DNA of 64,000 bases from Candidatus Palauibacter ramosifaciens (GTDB lineage Bacteria; Gemmatimonadota; Gemmatimonadetes; Palauibacterales; Palauibacteraceae): assembly GCA_009845855.1 (NCBI GenBank), contig VXYT01000105.1:944-64943 (forward strand), written 5' to 3'. The position numbers and the translations under genes are program-made. Positions 10,315 through 19,790 of this stretch are shown one piece after another. The notes beneath the pieces were generated by a model that made no database searches, was not told the origin of the DNA, and saw only the letters and a list, made by a program, of their open reading frames with translations. Numbering within the stretch: the stretch's first letter is position 1; the number at the start of each line of letters is the position of its first letter.

Positions 10315-10796
10315 AGGAAGGCCTGTATCCAGCGCTGCCGGAGTCCGGCGAGTTCGTCGTTGGCGGCTTCGAGTTCGGCCATGCGTTCGGTCAACGCTCG
10401 AAAAAGGAGGCTCCGCTCGACGCCGTTGCGGATGGCGAAGGCGAGCGCGTCGTTGTTCCACGGCTTCTCAAGATACTGGTAGAGCCCGGCTTCGTTGATG
10501 GCGAGGATGGCGTTCTCCTTGTCGGCGTAGCCCGTGAGCAGAATCCGGGTCGCCTCCGGCCTCACCCCGCGGGCTCGCGTCAGGAACTGCACGCCGTCGA
10601 GTTCGGGCATCATGAGGTCGGCCACGATCGCGTGGACCGGTTCCTCCTCCAGGTGGGCAAGCGCGTCGCGCGCGGAGGTGAAGGGGAGCACGTGGTGGTC
10701 CGTTTCCAACTCCAGGAACCCCTGGATGGCGTCCACGACCATGTCCTCGTCGTCGACGACCATCACGGTGCCGCCGTCCGGCTTGATCTCATCCAT
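10311..10796 (-). CDS. response regulator (receiver domain with C-terminal coiled coil)
   Basis: VMVVDDE...D...MP..DG...K receiver motifs; 161 aa. Confidence 0.8.
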   Translation of the reverse strand: MDEIKPDGGTVMVVDDEDMVVDAIQGFLELETDHHVLPFTSARDALAHLEEEPVHAIVADLMMPELDGVQFLTRARGVRPEATRILLTGYADKENAILAINEAGLYQYLEKPWNNDALAFAIRNGVERSLLFRALTERMAELEAANDELAGLRQRWIQAFL

Positions 10797-10802
10797 GTCG
10801 GA

Positions 10803-13800
10803 TCATGTCATCGCCAGGCCGCGAACGCGACTCGCAAGCCCGCGGAGCAGATCGAGGCCGAGTTCCGGGTGGTCGATGAGAAGGTCTCGAAAGTCCTCCC
10901 GCGTGATGCGCAGCACGCGGGTGGGCGCGACGGCGCGCGCCTCGACGAGACTCGGGTGTTCGTCGATCAGCGCCCACGTCCCGAACGCCTCTCCGTCCGT
11001 GATGGAGATCGACCCCTCCCCCTCACCCTCGAGCGAAACTTCACCGTGGATCACGAGATAGAGGGCATCCGTCGGCTCCCCCCTCCGGATGAAGATGGCA
11101 TCCGGCCGCACCTCCACCTCCCTTGCGATCGAGGCGAGGAGCGCGAGTTGCCGGCTCTTCACGCCCGAGAGGAGATCCACGCTCTGCAGGCGGAACACCT
11201 TTTCGATCAGTTCCATCTCTTCCTCGTCTCGTTCGTCCCCCGGCTCCCGCTCGGGGGTCTCCGCTCGCCGTGCAAGCCGGCCAGCCACCAGCGCCAGCGC
11301 CGGTTCCGCCGGCGTGAAACCGCGGAGGGCCTCTTCCGTTGCGCCGCGGTCGGTTTCGAAGGATGTCCAGAGCGCGCACCTCGCGATCCAGGCGTCCTCA
11401 TCGTCCCACAGCTCCCGCAGAACCTCTCCCGTCTCATGACGGGGACCGTGCGGGGCCTCCTCCGCGAGCACCGGCCTGAGGTCGGAGAACGTACGGTGCC
11501 CGACCGTGGTCTCGATCCATTCCAGCGCGTTCGCGCGGCGGCGCGGTCCGCTCTCCAGGGCCAGGTAGCTGCGCCGCATCGGCTGTTCGGGATATACGAG
11601 CCCGAGCCACCGGAAGACACTCGCCCGCCGGTCCCTCCGCGCCTCGGCGAGCGCCCGGAGGAGCAGCGTTCGGGGCATCGACGCCGGCAGGCCCTCGAGT
11701 GCGGTGGCGGCGCGTGCGTAGCGCCGGGACGCCTCGACCTCCCGCTCGACGGCTTCCAGCACCCTCTCCGCCGGAAACGTGAGGTGATCGTGCCGCGTGC
11801 GCAGCCGGTGCAGCGACACGAGCGCCTGGTCGTCGAGCGCCTGTTCGGTTTCCGGCAGCAGATAGGACGTGACGAGGGCGTCGATCGTGGCGGGCGTCGC
11901 GATCTCCCCGAGCACGCTCGCCACGCCCCGGCGGACCCAGGGGTCGCCGCCCGGGTCGGCCAGCGCCGCAAGCAGAGGCTTCACGATCTCCTCTCCCCGC
12001 CCCGCGAGGCCTTCGCGAGCCGCGCTCCGGGTCCGGGGGATCGCCAGCGACGCGATGGCCGCCTGCACGAGGGCCGGCTGCGGCAGCCGGGATGCGCTGC
12101 GCGCGGCCGCCGCCGCAACCTCCCCGCGGGGATCGGAGATCAGTCCGAGGAGGACGCGCTCCACCGCGGGATGACCCGGGACGAGCCCCGCCGCCGTCGC
12201 CAACTCGCGGGCGTCGGCTCCGCTTAGCGCCCCCCGCTCATGGTCTCGCAGCAGGTGATCGAAGCGGGGGGTCGCGATGCGTTCGGCGCGCTCGGCGCCG
12301 AAGTCGCCGAACAGGCAGTCGAGCGCAGCCGAGCGGGCGTTCGCCGACTCCGAGTCGAGGAGCGGGATGAGGACATCCCGGGCGCGCGGCGCCGCTTTCA
12401 GGGCGAGGAGCCGGGCCGCGGCGCGCCGCACGGCGGCGTCCGGATCCTCGAGCCGGGCCCGGACGGCCCCCTCGTTCGAGAGGCCGGGGGCGCGCGCCAG
12501 CGATCGCAGCGCCCTCGCCCGAAGGCCGGGGCTCTCGTGCTCGAGGAGGCGGTACAGCTCCGGGGAAAGCGCCTCGATGTCCTCCGGCGTGGCGCCGCCC
12601 AGGAGGTCGAAGGCGAACGCGATCTTCAGCGGCCGCTCGTCCTCGAGCGCGTCCCGTGCGAGAGCCAGCGCCCCCACGTCCGCCATCGACACGAAGGTTC
12701 CGCGCAAGCTCGCGAAGCGCCCCTCGAAGGATTGCGCGAGACTCGTCACGTACGACTTTCGCACCCTGAGGAAGGCGAGCAGCAGGACGCCTGCCAGCGC
12801 TACGCCGACGACCCCGAGAATGATGAGCCGACCCATGATCGAAACGCCGGCGAGAGCGAGCGAGGGGATCGCGATGAGCACGCCGGATAGCGCTTTCCCC
12901 AACCCCTTTTCCACCGCCACGTCGATGTACGACTTCGCCTTGAGCTTGATGTCCTCCGGGACGGGCACATAGAGGATCTCGCGGCCCGTGCGCTCGGCGG
13001 AATAGCGGAACGTCTTCTCCGTCGTCCGGGCCCCCACGGCGACGGCGAGCGCGGCGGTGGACAGCCACACGGCGGCGGCGAGCGCCCCGGTAGCGAGGAT
13101 CACGGCCACGGGGAAGATGATGACGGCCACCGCGGCTCCCCAGCGGCGCAGGATCGGACGCAGCGCGAGGAGGACGACGATCGGGAGCCACTGCGTGAGT
13201 ACATCGACGAAGGCCAGGAAGCCGGCGATCGCGCCCAGATCGGTGAAGACCTCGCGCGTCAGCGTGTTGTACTGGTAGTCGATGAACTGCTTGACGACGA
13301 TCGTCAGCAGCACGGTGGCCGCGATGAGCCGCACCTGCGGGTGCGCGGCCATGCGGCGCAGATCGCTGCGCTCGAGCTCCGGGTCTTCCGCGTGCGCGTA
13401 CTCCGACGGCGGCTCCGGCGGCTCCCGCGACCATACGAGAGCGAGCCCGCCAGCCAGCAGGAGGAGCGCGGCGCCCGCCACGAGGAGCAGATTCTCGGAC
13501 GGCCCGCCGCCGGAGGTGAAGACGGTCGTGAGAAGCGCTCCGAGCGTGGCCCCGGCCGACCCCGAGGCGATGACGACCGGATAGGCGCGCTTCGCGTCGC
13601 GCGCGTTATAGAAGACCTGCGTCGCAATGTAGAAGTGCGTGACGAGCGAGGCCGCCAGCACGTCGTACCACCCGTAGAAGACAAGCCCGAACCAGGCCTC
13701 TCCCGGCCGGTAGAGAAGGCGAAAGGCAACCATGCTGAGGGCGAAGAACGCTGCCGTCAGGGGGATGAGGCGGCGCCACGAGATGCGATCCGAGAGGAAG

Positions 13801-13949
13801 TTGTAGAGGGGGGCGACGACCACCACCGCCGCGCTGATGAAGTACACCTGGTAGAAATCGCCCGCGGCGAGTCCCGAGAGGGCGAAGGCGCTGCGCAGGG
13901 GACGCAGGATCCCGATTACGAAGAGGACGAGCGCCGCCAGCCCCATCAT
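10803..13949 (-). CDS. TLC/NTT-family (ATP:ADP antiporter-like, MFS-type) transporter fused to HEAT repeats and a C-terminal cyclic-nucleotide-binding domain
   Basis: N-terminal ~450 aa polytopic, with LFAMMGLAALVLFVIGILRPLRSAF resembling the TLC N-terminus. Middle ~400 aa is Ala/Leu/Arg-rich HEAT-like repeats (DPDAAVRRAAARLLALKAAP...). C-terminus is cNMP-binding (GEAFGTWALID...RAVAPTRVLRI). Start chosen at MMGLAAL; the ORF extends to 14048. Confidence 0.7.
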   Translation of the reverse strand: MMGLAALVLFVIGILRPLRSAFALSGLAAGDFYQVYFISAAVVVVAPLYNFLSDRISWRRLIPLTAAFFALSMVAFRLLYRPGEAWFGLVFYGWYDVLAASLVTHFYIATQVFYNARDAKRAYPVVIASGSAGATLGALLTTVFTSGGGPSENLLLVAGAALLLLAGGLALVWSREPPEPPSEYAHAEDPELERSDLRRMAAHPQVRLIAATVLLTIVVKQFIDYQYNTLTREVFTDLGAIAGFLAFVDVLTQWLPIVVLLALRPILRRWGAAVAVIIFPVAVILATGALAAAVWLSTAALAVAVGARTTEKTFRYSAERTGREILYVPVPEDIKLKAKSYIDVAVEKGLGKALSGVLIAIPSLALAGVSIMGRLIILGVVGVALAGVLLLAFLRVRKSYVTSLAQSFEGRFASLRGTFVSMADVGALALARDALEDERPLKIAFAFDLLGGATPEDIEALSPELYRLLEHESPGLRARALRSLARAPGLSNEGAVRARLEDPDAAVRRAAARLLALKAAPRARDVLIPLLDSESANARSAALDCLFGDFGAERAERIATPRFDHLLRDHERGALSGADARELATAAGLVPGHPAVERVLLGLISDPRGEVAAAAARSASRLPQPALVQAAIASLAIPRTRSAAREGLAGRGEEIVKPLLAALADPGGDPWVRRGVASVLGEIATPATIDALVTSYLLPETEQALDDQALVSLHRLRTRHDHLTFPAERVLEAVEREVEASRRYARAATALEGLPASMPRTLLLRALAEARRDRRASVFRWLGLVYPEQPMRRSYLALESGPRRRANALEWIETTVGHRTFSDLRPVLAEEAPHGPRHETGEVLRELWDDEDAWIARCALWTSFETDRGATEEALRGFTPAEPALALVAGRLARRAETPEREPGDERDEEEMELIEKVFRLQSVDLLSGVKSRQLALLASIAREVEVRPDAIFIRRGEPTDALYLVIHGEVSLEGEGEGSISITDGEAFGTWALIDEHPSLVEARAVAPTRVLRITREDFRDLLIDHPELGLDLLRGLASRVRGLAMT

Positions 13950-14059
13950 GGCGAACAGCTTCCCCGCCCCGGCCCTCCGCGCGAAGACCCCGCGGAACTT
14001 CACGTGCCCTCCGGCGCCGGGGTGGCTTCGACCTCCCGGGCGGTCCATCTTTCCGGACT

Positions 14060-14133
14060 TCGGGGCGTGGCGCAGTCCGGTAGCGCACCTGCTTTGGGAG
14101 CAGGGGGTCGCCGGTTCAAATCCGGCCGCCCCG
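14060..14133 (+). tRNA. tRNA-Pro (anticodon UGG)
   Basis: Cloverleaf: acceptor CGGGGCG/CGCCCCG, D-arm GCGC-AGTCCGGTA-GCGC, anticodon stem CCTGC/GCAGG with loop TTTGGGA (UGG), T-arm GCCGG-TTCAAAT-CCGGC, discriminator A. CCA not encoded. Confidence 0.85.
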
Positions 14134-14193
14134 ATTCAACCGGGCAGCCCGCCGCAGGGGCCCCACGCCCGGCGGGCGGCCGGACTCGAGGCT

Positions 14194-14820
14194 TCACGGC
14201 TCCATGCCCCGGTCCCGCAGGACTTCCCTTTCGATCCACCCCCTGGCCCGCCGGATCGCCTGCGCACGATGGCTCGTCGCCGTTTTCGCCGCAGCAGGCA
14301 GTTCGGCGTAAGTGCGGTCATGGCCCTCCGGCACGAAGAGCGGGTCGTAGCCGAAGCCTCCCGAACCGCTCGGCCGGCGCGCGATCCGGCCTTGCACGAT
14401 GCCCTCCACGACTTCGTGGCGCAGATCGTCCGTGAGCGCGACCGCGCAACGGTAGTGCGCCCCGCGGCGCTCCGCGTCCACGTCTTCCAGCTGCTCGAGC
14501 AGCCAGCGGTTGTTCGCTTCGTCCCGTCCCCAGCGCGCGACGCGGTCGGGAGGGGCAAAGCGCCGGGTCCGCACGCCGGGACCGCCCTGGAGGGCGTCCA
14601 CGCAAAGCCCGGAATCGTCCGCGAGCACGGGGAGACCGGACCGGCGGTGAAAGTACTTCGCCTTGGACAGCGCGTTGCGTGCGAAGGTGTCGAAGGGTTC
14701 GAGGTGGTCCTCTTCCTCCTGCTCGGGAAGGCCGAGGTCCTCCGGCCCGAGCAACCGGACGGGAAGATCGGCGAGGAGGCCGCGGATTTCGCGGAGTTTG
14801 TGGGCGCTGCGCGTGGCCAC
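14194..14820 (-). CDS. rdgB: dITP/XTP pyrophosphatase (RdgB/HAM1 family)
   Basis: LVATRSAHKLREI...FGYDPLF...HRA motifs. GTG start at 14820 lies just downstream of the stop of the upstream membrane protein. Confidence 0.75.
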   Translation of the reverse strand: MATRSAHKLREIRGLLADLPVRLLGPEDLGLPEQEEEDHLEPFDTFARNALSKAKYFHRRSGLPVLADDSGLCVDALQGGPGVRTRRFAPPDRVARWGRDEANNRWLLEQLEDVDAERRGAHYRCAVALTDDLRHEVVEGIVQGRIARRPSGSGGFGYDPLFVPEGHDRTYAELPAAAKTATSHRAQAIRRARGWIEREVLRDRGMEP

Positions 14821-14837
14821 GAGGACCGGGGGCCGGT

Positions 14838-15800
14838 TCAGTCCGCCCAAAGACTCTCCGCCGTGAGACTCTCCGCGAACGCCGGGTAGACCTTCCACAG
14901 ATATCCGCCCATGACGAGCGCCGCGAGGATGTTCCCGACCAGGACCGACCACCAGGCGAGTTCCTCGAGGATCCAGCCCCCCAGCATCGCGACCATGGCG
15001 ACGAAGAAGACCTCGAAGACGACGAACAGCACGATGATGCCGAGGGCCAGCGGCGGGAATCTGGACACCTGTCTCGCAAGGCCGGAGACCGCAACGCCGA
15101 ACAGCACGAAGAAGGCGAAATGGGCCAGCGTGTAGCCGAGGACCGGCGCGAAAGAGATCTCGACCGCGGCCGGCGTCGGGGCGCCTCGGAACAGAACCGT
15201 CGCCAGCGCTGCCGGCGTGTAGAGCGGCTGTCGCAGGATGGTGTCGATGATGAGAAACCAGAACGCGACGACCACCGCGCCGAGGACCCCGGCGTAGATC
15301 CCGTGCCGCGTGACGCGGTGCGTCTGCAGGAAGTTCATCATCCCCACGATGCCGGGTTCGGAACTCACCCAGTGCATATGCGTGAACATCACGACCCCGG
15401 CGAGCGCGTTCCCGAAGAAGACGGCCGGCCATCCCGGCGCGGACATGACGATCCCGGAAGGCGCCCGGATGAGTCCGAGGTAGAACGCGAGCGAGCACAC
15501 GAAAAGCCCGTAAAGCGCGCCGATGAACACGTTGCGCGGGACGCCCGCCCACTGCACGAGCGCCGCGGCCAGCATCCCGAGCCCGGCCCACGCGGTGAAG
15601 TGGATGAGGGTGAAGCCCACGATGATCCCCGCCGACACCTCGACCTCGGCGCGGCTGATGATCGCCCCCCAGAGGAAGGCGGGGGTCTGAAGCGGGGTCC
15701 CCTGCCCGAGGTCGTAGAAGTAGAAGAGCACCGCGAGGACGAAGCCGCCCAGCAACCCTCCGACGAGCCCGGCCCGGATCCTGCGCCTGAGCGTCAGCAT
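14838..15800 (-). CDS. polytopic membrane protein with internal two-fold repeat (unknown function)
   Basis: About 8 TM helices. Two homologous halves each carry (A/E)VE(V/I)S...G(F/Y)TL(I/A)HF, plus a HMHW motif. Sits between ctaB and rdgB. Confidence 0.5.
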   Translation of the reverse strand: MLTLRRRIRAGLVGGLLGGFVLAVLFYFYDLGQGTPLQTPAFLWGAIISRAEVEVSAGIIVGFTLIHFTAWAGLGMLAAALVQWAGVPRNVFIGALYGLFVCSLAFYLGLIRAPSGIVMSAPGWPAVFFGNALAGVVMFTHMHWVSSEPGIVGMMNFLQTHRVTRHGIYAGVLGAVVVAFWFLIIDTILRQPLYTPAALATVLFRGAPTPAAVEISFAPVLGYTLAHFAFFVLFGVAVSGLARQVSRFPPLALGIIVLFVVFEVFFVAMVAMLGGWILEELAWWSVLVGNILAALVMGGYLWKVYPAFAESLTAESLWAD

Positions 15801-15804
15801 GGCG

Positions 15805-16008
15805 TCAGCGCGCGGAGTCCGGGTCGACGGCGTGGGCCGCCTCCCATTTGCGCTGTTCCTCCAGGGCTTCCTCGACCTCCCGCTGGCGTTGCCGGCGGCG
15901 CGCCCGGAAAATCCCGCCCCCGATCACGACGAGCAGCAGGTAGGGCATCGCCGCCATAAACACGAACATGAGGACGTATCCCGCCTGTTCGTCGGGCGTA
16001 TGCTGCAT
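15805..16008 (-). CDS. small single-TM membrane protein
   Basis: 67 aa (MQHTPDEQAGYVLMFVFMAAMPYLLLVVIGGGIF + charged tail), 45 nt downstream of ctaB. Only the C-terminal part of ORF 15805..16602 is credible. Confidence 0.35.
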   Translation of the reverse strand: MQHTPDEQAGYVLMFVFMAAMPYLLLVVIGGGIFRARRRQRQREVEEALEEQRKWEAAHAVDPDSAR

Positions 16009-16052
16009 CTGCGGGGCCGCCGCGAGGACGGCGAAAGGTTTCGGCACGGCCA

Positions 16053-16973
16053 CTACAGCTTGTCGAGGACGAGTACCGCCATGAGCAGTGGAAGATACAG
16101 GATCGAGGCCCGGAACAAACCCCGGGCGTTCGCCGGCGTCGCGGCGCGGGCGAAGCGGAGCGCGGTCCACAGGAAGAACCCGCCGAGACCGAGCGCCACC
16201 GTGAAGTAGGCGAGGCCTGTGAGGCCGAGGACGCTCGGTAGCAGACTCACCGGAATCAGCGTGAGCGCGTAGAGCAGCGCCTGGTGGCGCGTCCGCCGGC
16301 CCTCGAAATCGCCGACGGAGAGCATGCGAAGCCCCGCCGCCCCGTAATCGTCGCGGAGCAGCCACGCCAGGGCGAGAAAGTGCGGCAACTGCCAGACGAA
16401 GAGGATCGCGAACAGCGCCCAGCCGCCCGGACCGAACTGCCCGGTGGCGGCGGTCCAGCCACCGAGGATCGGCAGCGCCCCGGGCACCGCGCCCACGACG
16501 GTGGAGAGCGAGTGCACGCGCTTGAGCGGCGTGTAGACGAAGTCGTAGGAGATGAAGGTGGCGAGCGCGAGGCCCGCGGTCACCGGATTGACCGCGATCC
16601 ACAGCCAGACGATGCCCGCCGCGGCCAGGACGCCGGAGAAGGCCGCAGCCGGGGGTGTCGCGATCCGGCCCGCCGGCAGAGGCCGCGCGCGCGTGCGCCC
16701 CATGAGCGCGTCCACATCCCGCTCCAGCACCTGGTTCATCGCGCTCGTTCCCGATGCCACGAGGGCCACGCCGGCCATGGCCTGCGCGAAGAGGGCGAAG
16801 TCGAAGCTCGCCGCGCCGAGGAGGAATCCGGCGGCCGCGCTCGCGACGACGAGCGCCGTGATGCGCGGCTTGGTGAGTTCCAGGTATGCGGGAAGCGTCC
16901 CGCGAATCGAGTGGACCCGCCTCGACATCCCGCCGAGCGGGATGGGGGCCTTCAGCAGGCTGCCGGCCTCCAC
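16053..16973 (-). CDS. ctaB: protoheme IX farnesyltransferase (heme O synthase)
   Basis: UbiA-family polyprenyltransferase with the typical CtaB/CyoE N-terminus YLELTKPRI. Start may be the internal ATG at 16928. Confidence 0.85.
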   Translation of the reverse strand: MEAGSLLKAPIPLGGMSRRVHSIRGTLPAYLELTKPRITALVVASAAAGFLLGAASFDFALFAQAMAGVALVASGTSAMNQVLERDVDALMGRTRARPLPAGRIATPPAAAFSGVLAAAGIVWLWIAVNPVTAGLALATFISYDFVYTPLKRVHSLSTVVGAVPGALPILGGWTAATGQFGPGGWALFAILFVWQLPHFLALAWLLRDDYGAAGLRMLSVGDFEGRRTRHQALLYALTLIPVSLLPSVLGLTGLAYFTVALGLGGFFLWTALRFARAATPANARGLFRASILYLPLLMAVLVLDKL

Positions 16974-16986
16974 GACGGCGTCGCGC

Positions 16987-17295
16987 CTACACGTACTCCA
17001 TCATGATCGCGATGATCATGATGGCCACGGCCGGAAGGGGCGCCAGCGCCACCAGCCGCAGGCGGTTGGGTTCGAATTTCAGGTGCATGTAGTAGAGCGC
17101 GACGAGCAACGCCTTCCAACCCGCCATGATGAGCAGTGACGTGATGATCAACCACTGTGCGATGTCCAGGTAGACCACCCCGACCTCGAGGGCCGTGAGG
17201 ATGGCCAGGTACAGCCAGATGAGCATGTACTTCGGGTGCTCGTGCCCGTGATCGTCGGCGCCGCCCGCCGCGTGTCCTCCGGCTGCTTCACTCAT
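16987..17295 (-). CDS. cytochrome c oxidase subunit IV (prokaryotic type)
   Basis: 102 aa, two TM helices, His-rich N-terminus; directly downstream of coxC. Confidence 0.6.
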   Translation of the reverse strand: MSEAAGGHAAGGADDHGHEHPKYMLIWLYLAILTALEVGVVYLDIAQWLIITSLLIMAGWKALLVALYYMHLKFEPNRLRLVALAPLPAVAIMIIAIMMEYV

Positions 17296-17350
17296 TCGTT
17301 CGCTCCATGTCTCCCGGCGCCGACCGGCCCGGCGCGGCCAGGTGTCGACG

Positions 17351-17965
17351 CTAGATCAGGTATACGATCGTGAACAGGATGATCCACACGAGGTCGACGA
17401 AGTGCCAGTAGAGGCCGAGCACCTCGATCCCGTGCGTGTTGTCCGCCCCCCAGTGCCCGCGCCAGGCGCGGATCGTGGCCCACGCAAGGCAGATGACGCC
17501 GAGCAGGACGTGGAAGCCGTGGAAGCCCGTCATGGTGAAGAACGTCGCCCCGTACAGTCCCGCGGCCGGCGTGAACCCGTGGCTCCCCTGCCAGGACTGG
17601 TGAAGCACGAGTTCGACGTACTCGTACACCTGCACGCCGAGGAAGGTCGCCCCCAGGAGCGTCGTCCCCAGGAGATAGACCTTGATCCCCCGCTGATCCC
17701 CCGCCTGCGCGGCCGCGAACGCCTTCACCATCGTCACCGAGCTGCAGATGAGGAGGAAGGTGTTGAACGCGGTGATCGGGACGTTGAGCACCTCGTTGGG
17801 TACCGCCCACGTGTCGGCGGCCCCGAACCGGAGCACGACGTACGAGCCGATGAGGCCCGCGAAGAACATCACCTCCGAGCACAGAAACACCCACATTCCC
17901 ACCTTCTGGGTGTAGACGTCGAGTCCTCGCTCGGGGACCCGGCCTGCGGTCGCGGCGTGCGCCAT
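17351..17965 (-). CDS. coxC: cytochrome c oxidase subunit III
   Basis: 204 aa with 5-6 TM helices; GFHGFHVLLGV and WHFVDLVWI motifs. Confidence 0.85.
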   Translation of the reverse strand: MAHAATAGRVPERGLDVYTQKVGMWVFLCSEVMFFAGLIGSYVVLRFGAADTWAVPNEVLNVPITAFNTFLLICSSVTMVKAFAAAQAGDQRGIKVYLLGTTLLGATFLGVQVYEYVELVLHQSWQGSHGFTPAAGLYGATFFTMTGFHGFHVLLGVICLAWATIRAWRGHWGADNTHGIEVLGLYWHFVDLVWIILFTIVYLI

Positions 17966-18008
17966 TATCGTCTCTTCCCTTCCCCTGCGCTGCTGGTTCG
18001 ATCGATGG

Positions 18009-19775
18009 TCAATGGCTGCCCGCGGCCGGGCTCACGACGTCCGGCCGTTCGTTCTGGGCCAGCCAGTCCTTGTCCTCCACATCCGGGTGGCTGTACTCGT
18101 GCGGACCGTGATAGACGACCGGGACTTCCTCCCAGTTGCCGTGCTTGGGCGGCGAGGGCGTCTGCCATTCCAGCGTCGTCGCGTTCCACGGATTCGCCCC
18201 GGCCTTCCTCCCCTTCTTCAGGCTCCAGAAGAAGTTGAAGGCGAACAGGAAGCCGGACGCGAAGAGTCCGAACGCCGCCCACGTGATGATCGCGTTCGTG
18301 TCCTCGATGCCCTGCAGGTGCGCGTAGCCGGTGGAGTCGTAGATGCGGCGCATCATCCCCACCATCCCCACGCCGTGCATCGGGAAGAAGACCAGGTTGA
18401 AGAAGACGAAGGTGAGCCAGAAGTGGATCTTGCCCATCGTCTCGTTCATCATCCGGCCGAACATCTTCGGATACCAGAAGTAGATCGCCCCGAAGAGCGC
18501 GAACAGGCTGCCTCCGAAGAGTACGTAGTGGATATGCGCCACGATGAAGTACGTGTCGTGGATGTAGATGTCCACCGGCGTCGAGGCCATGAAGACGCCC
18601 GACAGGCCTCCGATCGCGAACATCGCCACGAACCCGATCGCGAACAGCATGGCCGAGTGGAGCTGGAGGTTCCCGCGCCACATCGTGCCCATCCAGTTGA
18701 ACGTCTTGATCGCCGAGGGCACGGCGATGAAGAGCGTCGAGACGGTGAAGGTGAGCCCCAGCATCGGGTTCATCCCGCTCTGGAACATGTGGTGGCCCCA
18801 CACGATGAAGCCCAGGAAGGCGATCGAGACGAGCGCCAGGACCATCGCCTTGTAGCCGAACACCGGCTTCCGCGACCCCACGGAGAGGATCTCGGAGGTG
18901 AAGCCCATGGCCGGGAGGATGAGGATGTAGACCTCCGGGTGGCCGAAGAACCAGAACAGGTGCTGCCAGAGGAGCGGCTGTCCCCCGCCCTCCGGGAGGA
19001 AGAAGCTCGTTCCGATCGTCTGGTCGAAGATGAGCATGATCCCGGCGGCCGACAGGACGGGCATCGCGAGCAGCGCGAGGATGGCCGTGATGAACAGCGA
19101 CCAGATCGTCAGCGGCATGCGCATCCAGGTCATGCCGGGGGCGCGCATGTTGATCGTCGTCGTGATGTAGTTCACCGATCCCAGAATCGATGAGAGCCCG
19201 ATGAAGACGAGCGCTACCAGCCACAGGATCTGCCCCAGCCCGACGCCGGTAAGGTCGGGACGCGCGCTGAGCGGCGCGTAGAGCGTCCAGCCGGCCCCGG
19301 CCGCGCCTCCGACGACGAAGAAGCTGGCAAGGGTGAGGATGCCCGCCGGCACCATGGCCCAGAATGAGAGCATGTTGAGCCGCGGGAACGCCATGTCGTG
19401 CGTGCCCAGCTGGAGCGGGATGAGGTAGTTCGCCCACACGCCCACGAGCATCGGCATGATGGCGAGGAAGACCATCACCGAGCCGTGCATCGTGACGAGC
19501 GCGTTGTAGAACTCCGGCAGTATGTACCCGCTCGCGACCATGCTCTCGGGGAAGATCCCGCCCAGCGGCAGCTCGCCCCGCGCCGGCCACGCGATCTGGT
19601 ATCGCATGAGCATCGCGAGCAGTCCGCCGATCATGAGGAAGAACAGGGTGTAGATCAGGAACTGGATCGCGATGACCTTGTGGTCGGTCGAGAAGATGTA
19701 CTTGCGCAGGAAGGACTGCTCGTGCTCCTCGTGCAGGATCGCCTGCCCGGTCGCCTCCGCTACGATCGTCGCCAT
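18009..19775 (-). CDS. coxA: cytochrome c oxidase subunit I (A-family heme-copper oxidase)
   Basis: 588 aa; WFFGHPEVYILILP and HDTYFIVAHIHYVL motifs. Confidence 0.95.
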   Translation of the reverse strand: MATIVAEATGQAILHEEHEQSFLRKYIFSTDHKVIAIQFLIYTLFFLMIGGLLAMLMRYQIAWPARGELPLGGIFPESMVASGYILPEFYNALVTMHGSVMVFLAIMPMLVGVWANYLIPLQLGTHDMAFPRLNMLSFWAMVPAGILTLASFFVVGGAAGAGWTLYAPLSARPDLTGVGLGQILWLVALVFIGLSSILGSVNYITTTINMRAPGMTWMRMPLTIWSLFITAILALLAMPVLSAAGIMLIFDQTIGTSFFLPEGGGQPLLWQHLFWFFGHPEVYILILPAMGFTSEILSVGSRKPVFGYKAMVLALVSIAFLGFIVWGHHMFQSGMNPMLGLTFTVSTLFIAVPSAIKTFNWMGTMWRGNLQLHSAMLFAIGFVAMFAIGGLSGVFMASTPVDIYIHDTYFIVAHIHYVLFGGSLFALFGAIYFWYPKMFGRMMNETMGKIHFWLTFVFFNLVFFPMHGVGMVGMMRRIYDSTGYAHLQGIEDTNAIITWAAFGLFASGFLFAFNFFWSLKKGRKAGANPWNATTLEWQTPSPPKHGNWEEVPVVYHGPHEYSHPDVEDKDWLAQNERPDVVSPAAGSH

Positions 19776-19790
19776 ATCAGCCTTTCTCGA

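Noticed and set aside
10284-12227. 647-aa + strand ORF antisense to the TLC-HEAT-cNMP gene. The same applies to other long antisense ORFs: 24538..26805, 26676..28910, 28424..30976, 40581..42572, 42106..44190, 44286..45473, 17342..18238, 18012..19193.
   Set aside because: Translations are Arg/Gly/Pro/Asp-rich low-complexity sequence with no domains. Each lies opposite a strongly supported gene, as expected for off-frame ORFs in ~70% GC DNA.
16987-17295. Alternative reading of the 102-aa ORF as an antisense artefact of the 16952..17155 / 16886..17092 ORFs
   Set aside because: The minus-strand product has two clean TM helices and a His-rich N-terminus, and sits exactly between coxC and ctaB, where a subunit IV is expected.
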